A stretch of DNA of 64,000 nt from Phoronis australis (lineage: Eukaryota > Animalia > Phoronida). The position numbers and the translations under genes are program-made. Positions within the stretch are counted from its first letter, which is position 1. Each line of letters starts with the position of its first letter. The notes under the pieces are model-generated. The model was not told where the DNA came from. It ran no database searches and saw only the letters and a list, made by a program, of their open reading frames with translations. The stretch covers positions 1,013,278 to 1,077,277 of the forward strand of contig NMRA01000002.1 in assembly GCA_002633005.1 (NCBI GenBank). The letters run 5' to 3'. This document shows, one piece after another, positions 35,419 through 48,785 of the stretch.

Positions 35419-38406
35419 TAGTGTATTTAAGGGCACTGGGATGACACTATAAGGAAAACATCTTTACCCCAACTTTATGAAAGAAGATCACACATATCAA
35501 TATAACGAATTGTAACGATTTTTTACTCATTTCTTGTGCATGGAGTTAATCTTGTTTGGCCAACCACGAAATTCGAAAATGTCGCCCAGGGAATAAAAAT
35601 TAATCATGTGCGCATCACAGTCTGGAAAAAAATGTAACAATTATTTCAGTGACTTGCGGTTATGATTTGAAACATTTTCTCAAGTGCAATTTGGTTATTT
35701 TTCAAAAAAACAGTCATGTGAAGCGTGAGACCAACTTCCAGCTGTGAAACAGAACCCTGGTGTGCGTTTCTTTGAAATAAGACACTCCCGAGTGAAGCTA
35801 GTGTGATTATGTGCTTCACTTGTGGTATCTCACGAACACTTGCGTGACCTTGCGTAGTTTTGACAGTGGTTTGCGCCTACGGAACGCATCCTTGAACGTT
35901 GCCATTATTCATTTTAACCCAGGCATACTCAGAGTCACCTCGACTCTGCGCAAGGCGGCCACATACTCTCTTGAAACAATCCAACAATCGGGAGTACCCG
36001 GCAACATGTTCAGTACGAAGCGTTCGTGACCATGACACTAGACCCACGCGACAAAAATTGTCACGGCAGAAGACCTCACTGGAATTTTGGTATGTTCACA
36101 AATAGTCTGTTCGTGTAGATTTCGAGCATTCTCGCCTTTGACGTGGTCGAGGACGGCATTCACATGTATTCTGATCACGTACTAGTATCTACAATCAGAT
36201 GAATCTACTAAGAGGCTAGGGTGGAAATCGGGAAAAATCTGCAATTTGCCTACAGGGCACTACGCAACTGACACCAGATTTAATTAAAAGCTGTGGTTTG
36301 TTAACTCGGTCATGTACTACTCCGGATATTATGTTTTTGTTTTTGTGAGTGCTGTTCGGTAGTGCTTGCATGAAGTTTGCGTGCATCGCTGCGTGCGCGC
36401 GTGCGTGCATGCGTGCATGCTTTGATAGTCAAGTCAACAAATAAGTTAAGGATGGTTTGTCGTGAATTTTGCGGAGAACTTCGAAAGAAATCGAATTATG
36501 ATTGAATGCGTGGGCATGGTCGCAAATGACAGTCTTTCAAAGGGACTCAATCGGTTTTACGGCCAAAAACGCATTTTGGAGATTGCTTTTGAGTAGGACG
36601 AACTTCTTGAAGTTTTTAGCTTGACCAGAGCTATTGTGTCTTTGTGACTTTATTACAAATCGTCCATTCCTAACAAAGTCTGTCTGTCAAGGAAAAACGT
36701 AATCGAGGTGGCGACCTCATTAGGTGTTTTGTAGTTAGGGACATTGAAAATGATCGACGTGGGCAGTGCACGTGTAGTGAAAAACCCAAGGCAAATCTGC
36801 TGAGTGTATGTGAGAAAATGAGGTGAAGCCGAAGCACATTGGAGGTTTAGCCGCCCCTCTAGAATAAGTATTTGGGAAAAAATCGAGATCTGTGCTGCGG
36901 TGTGAAATCAGTTGAATATTTCCAGAAATGTCGAACTTTGGTAGACAGCCGGGTGGGTTTGTGTTCCTCTCTCGTCTTCCAGAAATAACTTAACATTCAC
37001 GCTTGGTTTAAGCCTAAACCTAAAATTAATATTATTTTTCCAGTCTTAATTGCGTTACTGATTGAAATTCCTCGCTGATTCTGAAACTTTTCAAATGATA
37101 TCGGCTAGTCGGCAGTATAATTGTCCAAATCTCGCTTTCCTTAGTCGACTAATTACTTACTTAATCAGTCAACAAGTAAATGAATCAATGATTTCATTAT
37201 TATGTCCTTTCTTTTTTCATAAACAACGTCTGTCTTATAAAATCAAAACACTTTTTGTAACCCTTCAGATAGGAAAATATAAGCAAGTCACTCATTTCCA
37301 ACTGCCCTCGTTTTGCAAATCATCTGCATTGCTCCTATAGGTACGTGGTTTTGGTATCGCATCACTTTTCGGGAATTAGTCATGTAGATATTTTGTTAAG
37401 GAAGCATTAAACTCTATTTTAACTCAGACGGATTATTATAATTACGTGATACCTCTCAGCTAGGCAGCGGAAGTACCCAACACCGGGTTCCTGAATAGCA
37501 CGTAGGCGATCCTCGTTTTGACAATATTCGAGGCCATTAGACTGCACAATATTTACAAAGTATGAATGAATTTAGTTCGGAAGAAGTCTTAAGTAATAAC
37601 AGTTTTAAACTTTCATAGTTTGTACTGAACACAAATTTTGCACCCTAACTCCTGTATTCCATAGCAAAAAACAACACCTGAACAAACGAGAATGCAAACA
37701 ACTACATGTACACTCATGCGCGGAGAAACTCCAGCTGCGCGAGATGGCACTTGACATTTCATTCCCAGAGTTCTGTGGCTCTGTGTAATGGTACAATCTT
37801 TCTGGTGTTTACTTTTCATTACGTCAAAATTACTAAGCAAAAACACAAGACTGTTGATTCCAACAACATTCATCCAATAATTACCCACTAGCTGTGTTTC
37901 TTTAACATTCCCCAAGTCAAGGTATATGTATTCATAGGTAGAGTAAGTGAAACAAAATTTGTGTTAATTTGCGAATAAGGAGTTGAATTAAAAATCAGAA
38001 AAAATAATTAAAAAAATACTGCTTTCTCATTTTATCAACGAGCTCATCTATTTACTTAAAATCATTTCTATATGGGACCTAAAACCAATTCTAATAGTCG
38101 TAAAACATACAAAACCTTTCTTGTGTATTGACTTGAAGGTGAAATGGCAATTTATCATATCTTGCAACTTCGTTGATTAAATTTGAACATCACAAGACGG
38201 GTTTCTTCAGCTTCTATGCGTACTCGTGAAATGTTGCAGATTTGACAACATGTTAAGTCTCTCCTAGTGGACGTTTTATTGGAGCCAAAACTCCACCTAG
38301 TGGTAGGTATGAGTGCACGTTTCCAGTAGGTATTCAATCTTAAATGTGGGCGGTACTGTCAAAAACACTCTAAGATGCGGCTACTCCGGCATACGCCGGC
38401 ACCTAA

Positions 38407-39735
38407 AGGCGAAAGCAACCCTTTTTCATGACACTTTTAGCAAAAATAAGGTTCGTTGATTATCTCAGACACATTTTTCACTTAATTGCAGCTTTTCGTA
38501 ATTTGATTAATTTCTCGTCCTCTACTCCGGAAGTGACGTTTTGGGATGCAAGAGTTTCGCGCCAATTTCTTTTCATTATAATCTGACTGTGAGAGATGTC
38601 GAGTCAGTCATTGTTCTACCTCGGTTGTGATAAGTTCGGTCGTCGTTGCTTTTGTTTACAAGTCAGTCAACATGCCACGCTGTTGCTGCGTGACGGGATG
38701 TACTCATTATCGTCTCACACGCGGTTTGGGTACATTGCGTCGCTTTCCGAAGGATGACACACTTCGCCGTACTTGGCTAGCTCGTTCATGTGAAGAACGC
38801 AGCGCTACCCGTCCACGCAACGTACAAAGCAATGGAGGGTTACCGAGTGTGTGTCAAGCATTTTCTGCCGTCAGATTATGACAGGTATGTACGCTGAATT
38901 GATGAAGGTCCCTGCGAAACAAAGCCTGAAGAAGGGTATCATACCGTCGCTGTTGATTCCCGGCAGTGCCCCGTCGCCAACCCCGAGAAGTGCGTTTTTG
39001 AAGCGAGAAGCCTCGCGAGCTGTGGCCACTATATACAGTGACTGGAGGTGCTTCATCTACTGTCACCCGTGCCTCCGAACGTACACTCATTGCGTGCAAT
39101 TCCGGGACCTAGCAGTGATTCGCCCTGTGCTGTTGTCTCTAGCCCAGAGCCTGTAAGCAGCCCTGCAACGATGTTGAGTAGTGGGAGTGAATACAGGCTC
39201 AGTTCGACACCCAGTGAAGAGGACAGTTCGTCATCCAATGAACAGATCGGTGAGCCTACGTTTGATAAGTTTATTGTGGACTTGTATTGGAGCTATTTGG
39301 AAGGTGCCAGGTGTGTGGCGAGGGAGTCACACGGCGGGATGTAAGCAGTTTGGTGCTCAGATCACCCTTCAGTGGGAGTGTGTCGCGGGACACTCGGGCA
39401 AGTGGGACAGTTCTTCCTCTGTACGTGAGACGAAAATGAGTACACCCCAGTACGCAGCAACAGCGTGGCATGTTGACTAACTCGTAAGCAAAAGCAAACG
39501 ACGACCGAACTTATCACAACCGAGTTAGAACAATGACTGACTCGACTGCTCTCACAGTAAGACAATATGAAAAGAAATTGGCGCGAAATTCTTGCCTCCC
39601 AAAACGTCACTTCCGGAGTAGACGACGAGTAATTAATTAAATTACGAAAAGCAGTAAATAAGTGAAAAATATGTCTAGGATAATCAACGAACCTTATTTT
39701 TGCTAAAAATGACATGAAAAAGGTTGCCTTCGCCT
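38407..39735 (+). mobile_element. Non-autonomous Kolobok-type DNA transposon with ~312-bp inverted arms and a decayed THAP-transposase 5' fragment
   Basis: Termini AGGCGAA...TTCGCCT flanked by CTAA/TTAA. Arms 38407-38718 and 39425-39735 are inverted copies. TTAA target, RR termini and an N-terminal THAP domain are Kolobok hallmarks. Confidence 0.85.
38672..39420 (+). pseudogene. Frameshifted THAP domain plus start of a Kolobok-like transposase
   Basis: Across frames: MPRCCCVTGC...RFPKDDTLRRTWL / YRVCVKHFLPSDYD / LKKGIIPSL (C2CH THAP with AVPTIF-like box), then KFIV / LELFGRCQVC / GAQITLQWECVAGHSGKWDSS. No DDE core. Confidence 0.85.
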
Positions 39736-42700
39736 TTAACGTGTGATTTCATACATGCATAATGGCTTTGGTCTTGCTTGCCTGATTTCATTTTGTGAGC
39801 CTGGCGCTTGTCGCGTATGACTACACATACACACGCATGCACACGCACGCACACACTGACACATACAAACAGTGGTCAAGTGGGTCAACCTTACAAAATT
39901 GTTGGGGTCCATTTCAGTTTCTTTGTGTCCGTGAAAACAGTCCAGAAATCATTACACTAGCACAAAGCGACGTTTCGTGTCATAATGGAAATTTGGTTAT
40001 CAAGAAATGGAAATGGCTGATTTTTGATTTCTTTAGTTTCATTTATTTTTTACGTCAAATGACACAAAACGCAACCTTGTTTGGATACGTCAGTACGCAT
40101 CTTGAAATAAAGACAACAAAGTCCTTCAAAAGTAATTTGATCAGTGACAATGGAATAACATTTGTATCACGCATGTTTTCGCTTGAATACCAGTACGTGC
40201 AAAAGATTTTGTCTCTGCAAACTAGATGTCAATTACTGAACACATGCTTTGATGTTGGGGTTGCAGTTTCCAATTTACATATTGCGATTTATTTCAAATT
40301 ACGAAATTAGAACATTTTGGTTTTCCTATATCGTAACAAAGATTTCCAGAGAATTGGCGTTCAACAGCCGACGTTATATGAAGCCAAGAAAAAACGAGCT
40401 TCGATACGGAGACAATTGCCAGAGAATGATCCATTGACTTGATGTCAAAAAGCGGCATTTTTACTCTCATGTACAGTCTAGTGATATCGCTCTATATTTC
40501 CGCTTCAAGTAAATTATTGACTGTGTCACCTGTCAAGCTAATAATCAATTTTCCCTGGATTACTGAAATAACCTTGCGATTGCTTTTCAGTGACTTATTT
40601 ATTTCAAATAGTTTTCGTTCATGGAGGTTGATTGAGAATGTTGTTAACTACAATTTCGTTTGATGAAGTATTTGCCAATTTCCGCATGTGACGTTGTCGA
40701 GCCTAGGACTCCGAGGTTAAAGTCTGAAGTCAGACCCAAGACCGTTAACTGATCACGTTGCTTGATTTGAGCACAAATTTGCACGTTTATGGAAACGTGT
40801 TGTGCAACTGGTCGAATTTCAACTCACGTTTCCAGTCAGATTAGACCAGGGACAGGGATTTACAGTACATGCCAAGAATTGTACCATGATAATTGGCTTA
40901 CCTCAAAATCCAACTGCTGCCTGGTGGTTTGGTAATTGGCCCAATTATGTTGCACACCCAGCAGAATTAATGAGAAATATATTATTGCAACATTTAATAA
41001 ACCTTTTTAGGTTGTAAAAGCCACATTTCTTGCCCAATTTTCTGATTTCAAAAATCTAACTACGTTTGCTGTTCACGAACTACTCAAATATGGTATTTAC
41101 AAACTTTAAAAATGAAAATTTAAAAATGCTATTGTTGCCTCCAGTGTGTTTACGATGGGCTCATTATCTACAAAACGATAACATCAATAGCCTGAGGCGA
41201 ATTAATCAACCACAACAGCATGGTGTCTTTGATCTGAACCGGCAGATTTTGTGGTGCGCAAACTGGTCGAGTTGTCAAATCTCGGCCGGTTAGGGTGTCA
41301 ATATAGGATTCTTTTCACGTAATATTTTAACTTGAAATAGAATTCGAAAACATAAGAAAAGGGTCTTCTATTATATGCCCGAGTACATCATTATTTACGT
41401 TTTTCGCCATTGATAACCCTAGCATTAAAGCTACAAATTGGAGACTGAACTCAAAATTTCGAGTTCTTTGCTAAAAATCTTGTGTTTTTATTCCAGCTTG
41501 TAATTCGAATCTAGGATTCATTGGCGAATTTGAACCAAACAGTGGTTTGCCTGATCCATAAAATAGTTGACATTTTGGTACCCATATTTAATAATTCATA
41601 AAAGTATTTGTATTATATTGTTGAAGCTGTCCATAAAGTGCTCACTCGCAAAAACCGATAATTTAGGGCTTTAAGTGTGCGTTTGTAATTTAATCAATAA
41701 ATACTCAATAATCGTAGTCAATTTAAATCTGTCTGAAATCGAAGAATGTTTCTATCAAGAACGAGAGCGGTATTAATCTAATACATTATACGAGGCATAA
41801 ACCACTTATGGAGATGATAGACGTCAGAAAAGAAAATAAACTGCCAATGGAAATAACTTTAGGTTTATTTTCGAAGAAAGGCTAAAACGCAAGTTCATAC
41901 GGCAAGAAAATTTGCAGTTATGAAAACGAGAATTAACTAATTGGACTAGATTCAAAAAAACAATGTACAAACAGAGGTCTTTCGGACGGCAATGACTTGG
42001 AAGTTTCCCACAATGCCTCGATAATGTTGTGAAATAGGAGCTCTGTGATATAGTTAGAAGTACAAAAGTGTTATTTTTCGTCATTGTTTGTGGAAGATGC
42101 GAGCATGTACTGTTGACGGAAGGAGAAAAGATGGTCGTTGTTCCATGTTACACTTTAAAATGTGTAAAATCTCAATATACAACGACGTTTTCTGTGTAGG
42201 TTAGTACCCGACACGTACTTCGGTGCATTTGTGCCTTGCAACTACCACAGGTAACGTTTTGATGTGGAAAATGTAGGCAAAGTTGTGTTCCAAGGGATAG
42301 CTACCTTCCTCGGCTTGCCTGTGAACAGGGTTACCTGTCCAGTGTGAGTGGGCCCTTATAACAGTGTTTAGAAGGCAGGTGTGCACTCGAGTGTACTTGA
42401 ACTGCCACAGACATTAAGATTTTGGCTTGCATCTTGAAAATTCCATTTAGTCATCCTATTTGGTGAAAGAGCAGTCTGAGATTTTTTTACAAACCGTTAA
42501 GTCCGAGAACACGATTTTCTAATATGAAGATTTTAAAGAGGCATGGAACACGAAAGCTAGTCAAAAATATTTTTAAACAAATTCTTACGAAAGTACCATC
42601 TCGAAACGTCTAGTACAGAGTAATTCACTTTCCCCTGTGAGGAAATTTCCAGAAACAAATGACAAAATTCAAGATTTTTGAATGATACGTGCGAAGGAAA

Positions 42701-43033
42701 AACCCTGTGGTTACCACAGAGTTTCTAATATCCCTCCCACTTGTGATAAATGTGCACATGCGCTCAGTCAGTTGCTTGAAGTCGCTGGAGGTCAAAGGTC
42801 ATATTTCCATATAAGGGAAATGTGCTTCGTCTATGTCTTACCATACCAAATAAAAAATACCTGGTGAGCAGGTTGAATTCTGTTTCAGTGGCAGAGAACC
42901 ACTTTCAATGTAATTGCAAGTTAGTCTTCTTTTTAATGCGTTCCGGGCCTCGTTAAAGTTCCAACGCTTCATTATTAATACCTGTGATACTAAGCTAAAA
43001 CGCTTGAAAATAAAAATCGTAGATAGACCTCTG

Positions 43034-43684
43034 TACCTAATGGAATGAATAAACAGAATTTCCTAAATTCGTTCCAAAATTTTCACACATCTGTGGAAGC
43101 TCCCTCGATCTCTGTAACAGCCATGCTTTTAGAATGAACGCGTTTACGTGGCCGTGCACACGTTATTGCATTAATTTAGTGGAATAATTTGGCAGCAGCT
43201 CACCCCCCCCCCCGTGTAGACCAAATTAAGAAAGCTTATTTTGATTAAAATGACAGCCTGTATTTCGAGACCGTCCTTCCCTCATCTTCATGCATAAATA
43301 AGATGACACAGGGTTACTTCAAAAATATTGAACAAACTGTTGTGACCCACTCAGATGCAAGCCGAANTACCTAAACAGAATTTCCTAAATTCGTTCCAAA
43401 ATTTTCACACATCTGTGGAAGCTCCCTCGATCTCTGTAACAGCCATGCTTTTAGAATGAACGCGTTTACGTGGCCGTGCACACGTTATTGCATTAATTTA
43501 GTGGAATAATTTGACAGCAGCTCACCCCCCCGTGTAGACCAAATTAAGAAAGCTTATTTTGATTAAAATGACAGCCTGTATTTCGAGACCGTCCTTCCCT
43601 CATCTTCATGCATAAATAAGATGACACAGGGTTACTTCAAAAATATTGAACAAACTGTTGTGACCCACTCAGATGCAAGCCGAA
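43034..43684. repeat. Tandem ~320-bp duplication joined by a single N (43367), probable haplotype artefact
   Basis: 43034-43366 vs 43368-43684 differ by a 12-bp indel, one SNP and poly-C length. Confidence 0.92.
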
Positions 43685-45695
43685 AGCACTGCTGAAATTT
43701 ACACATACTAAAAAAAATTGAGACAACGTGCCGTGCAACCACGCGAGCTGCTCATTCAACACAGGTTTTTCGAAAGTAATCATCAAAGACACTAGTAACT
43801 TCAACCTGCAGGTGTCATATTTCATATACCAAATTATTTGTTGTCAACGATTTCGTGCCTAGTAATGGCAATGGGGAAAATAATCTTGTGCCGAACCACT
43901 CTGCAAATGCATGGATATAGGGGCCGGGAAAGGGCATTGGGAGTTAACTAATTGTAAGCATCGTTGGGTGTTCAACAAATTTTTCATTAGTTTAGTGCCC
44001 ATAATACTTTATAAGTCTGTGCTCACCAAGTCTTCTAAAAATATATGATTCCATGGGTTCAAACTAACATTACAGAAAATATATGAAGTAACGTGGCGCC
44101 TAGGTAACGAAGGTAGTTAGTTATCTTAATTATAGATATATGGTAACCATGGCTGCAAGTCAATTAATGAAACGTCACTTACAAGAAAAAAAATCAAATC
44201 CGATGAATTCTAATCACTTATTCGTGTTTATGAATTCGTCAACATAAAATGCCATAATGGGAACTTGTTGTCTCATGCTTTACGGTTCAATGTGCCAGTC
44301 CTGCATCACGGTTTCCAGGCCACCGGCACCTAGCAACTACACATAATGTAGTCAACGAACTTACGAATGGTCAGAATGAAGCAAATTCAGTAAATTTCTA
44401 CCACCTAAGTTAAAAACCTTGCATAGATCACAGATGCAATTAGCCAAACGATCATTTGATGGTATCGCGCTTCATGTGTTTACCTATATTTTTGTCACAC
44501 CCTTTATCGATTCCCAAAGCAGAAATTTATGAGCTTACACCGCGACTAATTGTCTCTGATTAATAAGACATGCAGGTGAAAGCGTTCGATGTACATCATC
44601 CAGGTTAGTAGAAGTCGAAAGATTCGCTCATTTTTGTACACCTGGAACAGTGAAAACATCTGAAGAAAGTTTGCACCAACCGACCTTGGGCAATATCGTC
44701 ACTTTGCCGTATGCATCGTTGACTATGTAATTAATACTCATGCGCGTGTAGTTAATGCAAGAATGGTTTGAACACAAGGATCGCTGCTTGTTTTAATCAG
44801 TTGCAGCCAATGAATTCAATTGCTGTGAGTTTACTCGCCACAACCTTTTTTATAGCCTTTAAAACAATGTTGGCAGGTCCATTTACCCTCTAACACAGCG
44901 CCACCTATACTGAAAACTGGCCTCGTGGAAACATGAACGACACAAGGAATTCCGTGTGTGGGCATCAATGCGCATGCCTTGGTCGGAAGTATACCAATCA
45001 CCTCGCCACCACTTGCACACGCTTTATGTACTATACTTGTTTGGGCTGAAGTCACTGGAACGGGGTGTTCTTGATTTCGTTTACTTCCATCACTACCCGT
45101 TATAATGAAATGTAACTATACGAGTAAAAGGTGATCGTCATACTCCGTGGCTGTAAACTGAAAGGGGTTTCCCAGAATTCAAGCGATGGGAATGACGGAA
45201 TGTTATGACGTCGGTTTCATTACTTTAACCAATGAGAAGCCATATTAAACAACCTTCAACTCTGCTACTTTTCGTAGCACTGTGGAATTGTGTAAGGTCC
45301 AGTTTGTTTCTAATAAACAACGCCGCCTATCTGAAGTTCTTACGTACGTGTAGCCCTAGGTTATAGTCGTACCGTGTACCACAAGGGGTGCGAGCCTGCT
45401 TATCATAATCAATATTATCATTTCCATTATAATTATTACTATAAATCAATTCTTCTTTCGCACGTATTATGTGCAGTACTGTGCATTAGAATAATCTAAA
45501 ACACTTGAATATTATACGTTAAACTCATCAGCCTCTCCGTGTGAGTATTTTCACGAGGCTAATAACACACCTGTATCTAAACACGTGTAGTTTAAGAAAT
45601 TTGCACCACATACTTCAGATCCAACTTCCGTTTCTTCGTTGAGCTTCAATTTCTTCATCTTTGGCCAATACGCACAGGAATACAACGACGCTGAA

Positions 45696-45807
45696 AATCC
45701 AGGTTTTAAAAGTTCTGATGTCACTTGTGCTTTTTTTCTTAGTGTATTCATTGTTTCAATTCTTTGAATTGTTGGACTTTAGCTTCGTCAACTTGGTCCC
45801 TATACCT
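45696..45807 (-). pseudogene. Decayed fragment resembling the N-terminus of a Crypton-like (tyrosine recombinase) transposon ORF
   Basis: Across two frameshifts: RYRDQVDEAKVQQFKELKQ / NTLRK / STSDIRTFKTWI, resembling the RF..E.....NT.RKT.SD...F..W pattern I recall from Crypton/DUF3504-associated ORFs. Tandem GGTCACGTGAC palindromes at 46522-46560 may mark an end. Confidence 0.4.
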
Positions 45808-47188
45808 CTAACTTCCTACCTCAGACTGTGATACCTCCTCTAAGTCCAGCTCTTCCTTTTTTGAATTGGTCAAAGCTGAACCCCAAATCAAAATTAGCTA
45901 TCGATTTTGGGGAGTGGCAGGTGAACAGACGATATTTAGATTATATTCAACACCTGAATCCCTGATTTTGTGTATTTCATGGATTTCTTGTAGTATTGTC
46001 ACCGATTTTCATTTTCCCTGATTCACTCAGTAGTGACTGCCATTCGTAATATCGCTATGCTAATTTGACCGACTTTGATGCGAACTTGGTTTCGGCTTCG
46101 GTCCCGGACTGGAGGCAAACAATATGCTGTTGATATTTTATTGATATGTGTCTTATAAATAAAAGTTTTTGGTTGAGTTTAATTTGCATGTTATTATTGT
46201 TATTTTTACACCACAAAATAATGAAAACAGAACGCTACTGAAGTTACCAGTCACAGTAACACTGCAGTTTACAATGCTTTGTTTACAAGCTGTGGTGGAC
46301 GGGCGAGTTTAAGGAAGGAGTGACAACGAAGGCCGAGTGGCAAAAAGTGTTCGTTTAGTGTGAGAATTTGCGATTTAAATAACCAAGTGCTCTCCAATGT
46401 TTTACGTTTGTTTAATTTTTGAAATGTATAATAAACGTAAGTTCATGTACTTTATTCAGCTTAAACCGTGATTGGTTTGGTAGAAACTTTGGAATTGCAG
46501 CCGTAGAAAGTAGTTCTGTTTTGGTCACGTGACGATGATTATTGTTATGGTCACGTGACCGTATAATAACGCTTTGGGTTATTGCACGGACACGTGAGAC
46601 GGTTAGTGCGCGGTCGTATCAAGACGTATGTGGTACAAATTGCCATAAATTGCAATTGGGAAATGTTAGGCATTAGTATACGTATTTAGTATACGGAAAT
46701 TCAACTCGGAAAGTTAAAAGACTGCGCTGATGAGTAAAACGTAAATTCCCGGGCTTACGACCAGTCACGCTAAAAAAATGGTTCCTTTTCTGACAAAAAT
46801 CCTTCAAAAAAGTCCCTTTTCCGACAAAAGTTCTTTCTAAAACCGTTGACTTCGTGACTTCAAAACTCTCCAAATGGTTCTTTTTCCAACTACAAAATTC
46901 CCTGAAGGGTTTTCAGTGTTATCTATATTCACTTCTGTTGCAAATGATATAATGATTTTTGACAACAAGGCCTCACTTAACAGGGAGAGGATTCAACCGT
47001 GCAAGAATCGCTACGAAACGATTTTAGAATTAACCTCTATACCATTCTTCCAAAGAGGTATTTTTCATAGAAGCTCTCTATAAAGTGGTCCCTCATTTCG
47101 AGTCAGCTCTCTAATCTCTAAAAGGGTGCAAATACTAATTTTCCAATATCACCCCCGCCACAATTATAGCCCGGCGAGTGCCCCCCCG

Positions 47189-47420
47189 GGATTAGACTGT
47201 GCGCTGACGAGAAGGACTTAGACTGTACGCTGATGAGTAGGAGTTTGACGCTGAGCTGGTGAATAAGATTTAGACTGCGTGCTGCTCAGTAGGACTTGGG
47301 CATGCGCTGGTGAGTACTAGCGGACTTAGATTGTGTACCGATAAGTAGGAATTTGGCTCTGCTTTGGAGAATAGGATTTACACTACGTGCTCATAAGTAC
47401 ATGTAGGAATTGGACTATGG
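47189..47420. repeat. Degenerate 26-bp minisatellite (consensus GGACTTAGACTGTGCGCTGATGAGTA)
   Basis: About 8.5 diverged units, two carrying short insertions after the terminal TA. Confidence 0.9.
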
Positions 47421-48596
47421 TCCAAAGTAGCATGTTTTTCATTCTGTTATTGATTCAATGAGAAAACGTATCCATCATCCTTTCCCAAGGCGAACCCTCG
47501 TAGCACTGGGAAATGTGTGAAACTGAAAAAGCAACGACTACCGTAATGTAAAGTTGGCTGTCATGTCAATTTCAAACGCAGTTGCTCGCGTGTTTTCTGC
47601 TTCAAAATTTCCAAATCTTTATCTATTCTTGGCCACGTCATATGTCATTAAGAAATCTTCGAGAAGAAAAACTATTCTGAAATGGAGCAGGTTTTACAGA
47701 TCATTGTTTTCAAAATACAGTTTCCTTTTTAAACTGTTCTAAACCCGCTTTCTATCAGAAAAACAAACGTTTTGTGGTTTAAACCTCTTATCGTTATGAA
47801 ATTCCTTAGACAAAATGAAATTGGCGATGATATGATGATTTTGACCAGAGAATTGACGGGTCCGTTATTCCTTGAGATCCGGTTCCACGTGTTGGCTTAT
47901 CACGGCGAGTCATTTTATTCGCCGAGCAACTCAATGAATAAGGAATAGTCAGCTAGTCTTCGCAATTTAACATAAACATATGCATGTTGACAGAATCATA
48001 TTTATGGACCAATGGTATAATTGTTTAGTTAATTTGTTTATTATTCGGTTTCATTTGGTATTATTTAGCAAGAGTTATCTCGCCAGTCTTTCCTCTATTC
48101 TCCCTGAGGACCCACCACATGCATAAAACATGAAATACCTATGCACTCAACTGTTGACAAAGTACAAAATATAACGAAAAGGTTAATAAGGGGTCAGGTA
48201 TGAAACAGATCAATGCTACTAAAATAAATAAGTAATTAAATGCGCCAAGTGAAAGGTAAAAACAAATGTGTTTAATTGTATAAGGATAATTTAATGAACA
48301 ATGAAATGACAAAATCAATAAACTTGAAAACGTAGGGAGAAAAAGATGATATAGAATCATATACATTGTCAACCGTTTGTTTTATAGAAGAGCTTTTCCG
48401 ATTATCAGTGAGTTGGATAGATTGTTGAAGTTAGATTTGGTGAGAGCTATAAAACAGCAACATCAGTTGTGTTTTGGTGATTTGATTACCGTCTCCCTAA
48501 TTAGGCTTCTAGTCATTCGGTTGTATAAATGAAATCGTGGCCGGTGACCTAATCAGTTAGTTAACTCGGATCCTTACTGCTTGTCTTTTAGTTATA

Positions 48597-48785
48597 CCAG
48601 GAAGAGATAACCAGGAAGGGACAACTGTTTTAGCGCATTTTAACGTATTTTCAAAGGTGATTTCAAAAGTAAATGTTAAAGTAGTCTGGAATCCAAGCAT
48701 TGTGTTTGAAAGCTTAACTCTTTAGCTATAAAATGACACCACTTTTGTCCCCAAAGACTTCATATTAATGGTTATCTCTTCCTGG
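48597..48785. mobile_element. MITE with perfect 17-bp TIR CCAGGAAGAGATAACCA
   Basis: TA|CCAGGAAGAGATAACCA ... TGGTTATCTCTTCCTGG; a 33-bp TIR-only relative lies at 25909-25941. Confidence 0.85.

Noticed and set aside
35100-35444. 114-aa Cys-rich ORF
   Set aside because: It is a translation of the 29-bp minisatellite, with no splice or homology support.
39795-40310. 171-aa ORF
   Set aside because: Non-ATG start, begins in a CA-type microsatellite, AT-rich composition and no motif.
43034-43684. Biological tandem duplication
   Set aside because: The junction is a single N and the differences look allelic, typical of a scaffolding overlap.
45520-45540. Hammerhead core (- strand GCTGATGAG)
   Set aside because: No stem II closure or GAAA follows.
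47189-47420. CRISPR array or tandem hammerhead (CTGATGAG in each unit)
   Set aside because: Units are contiguous and degenerate with no unique spacers, no cas genes, and no stem II or GAAA; the context is eukaryotic.
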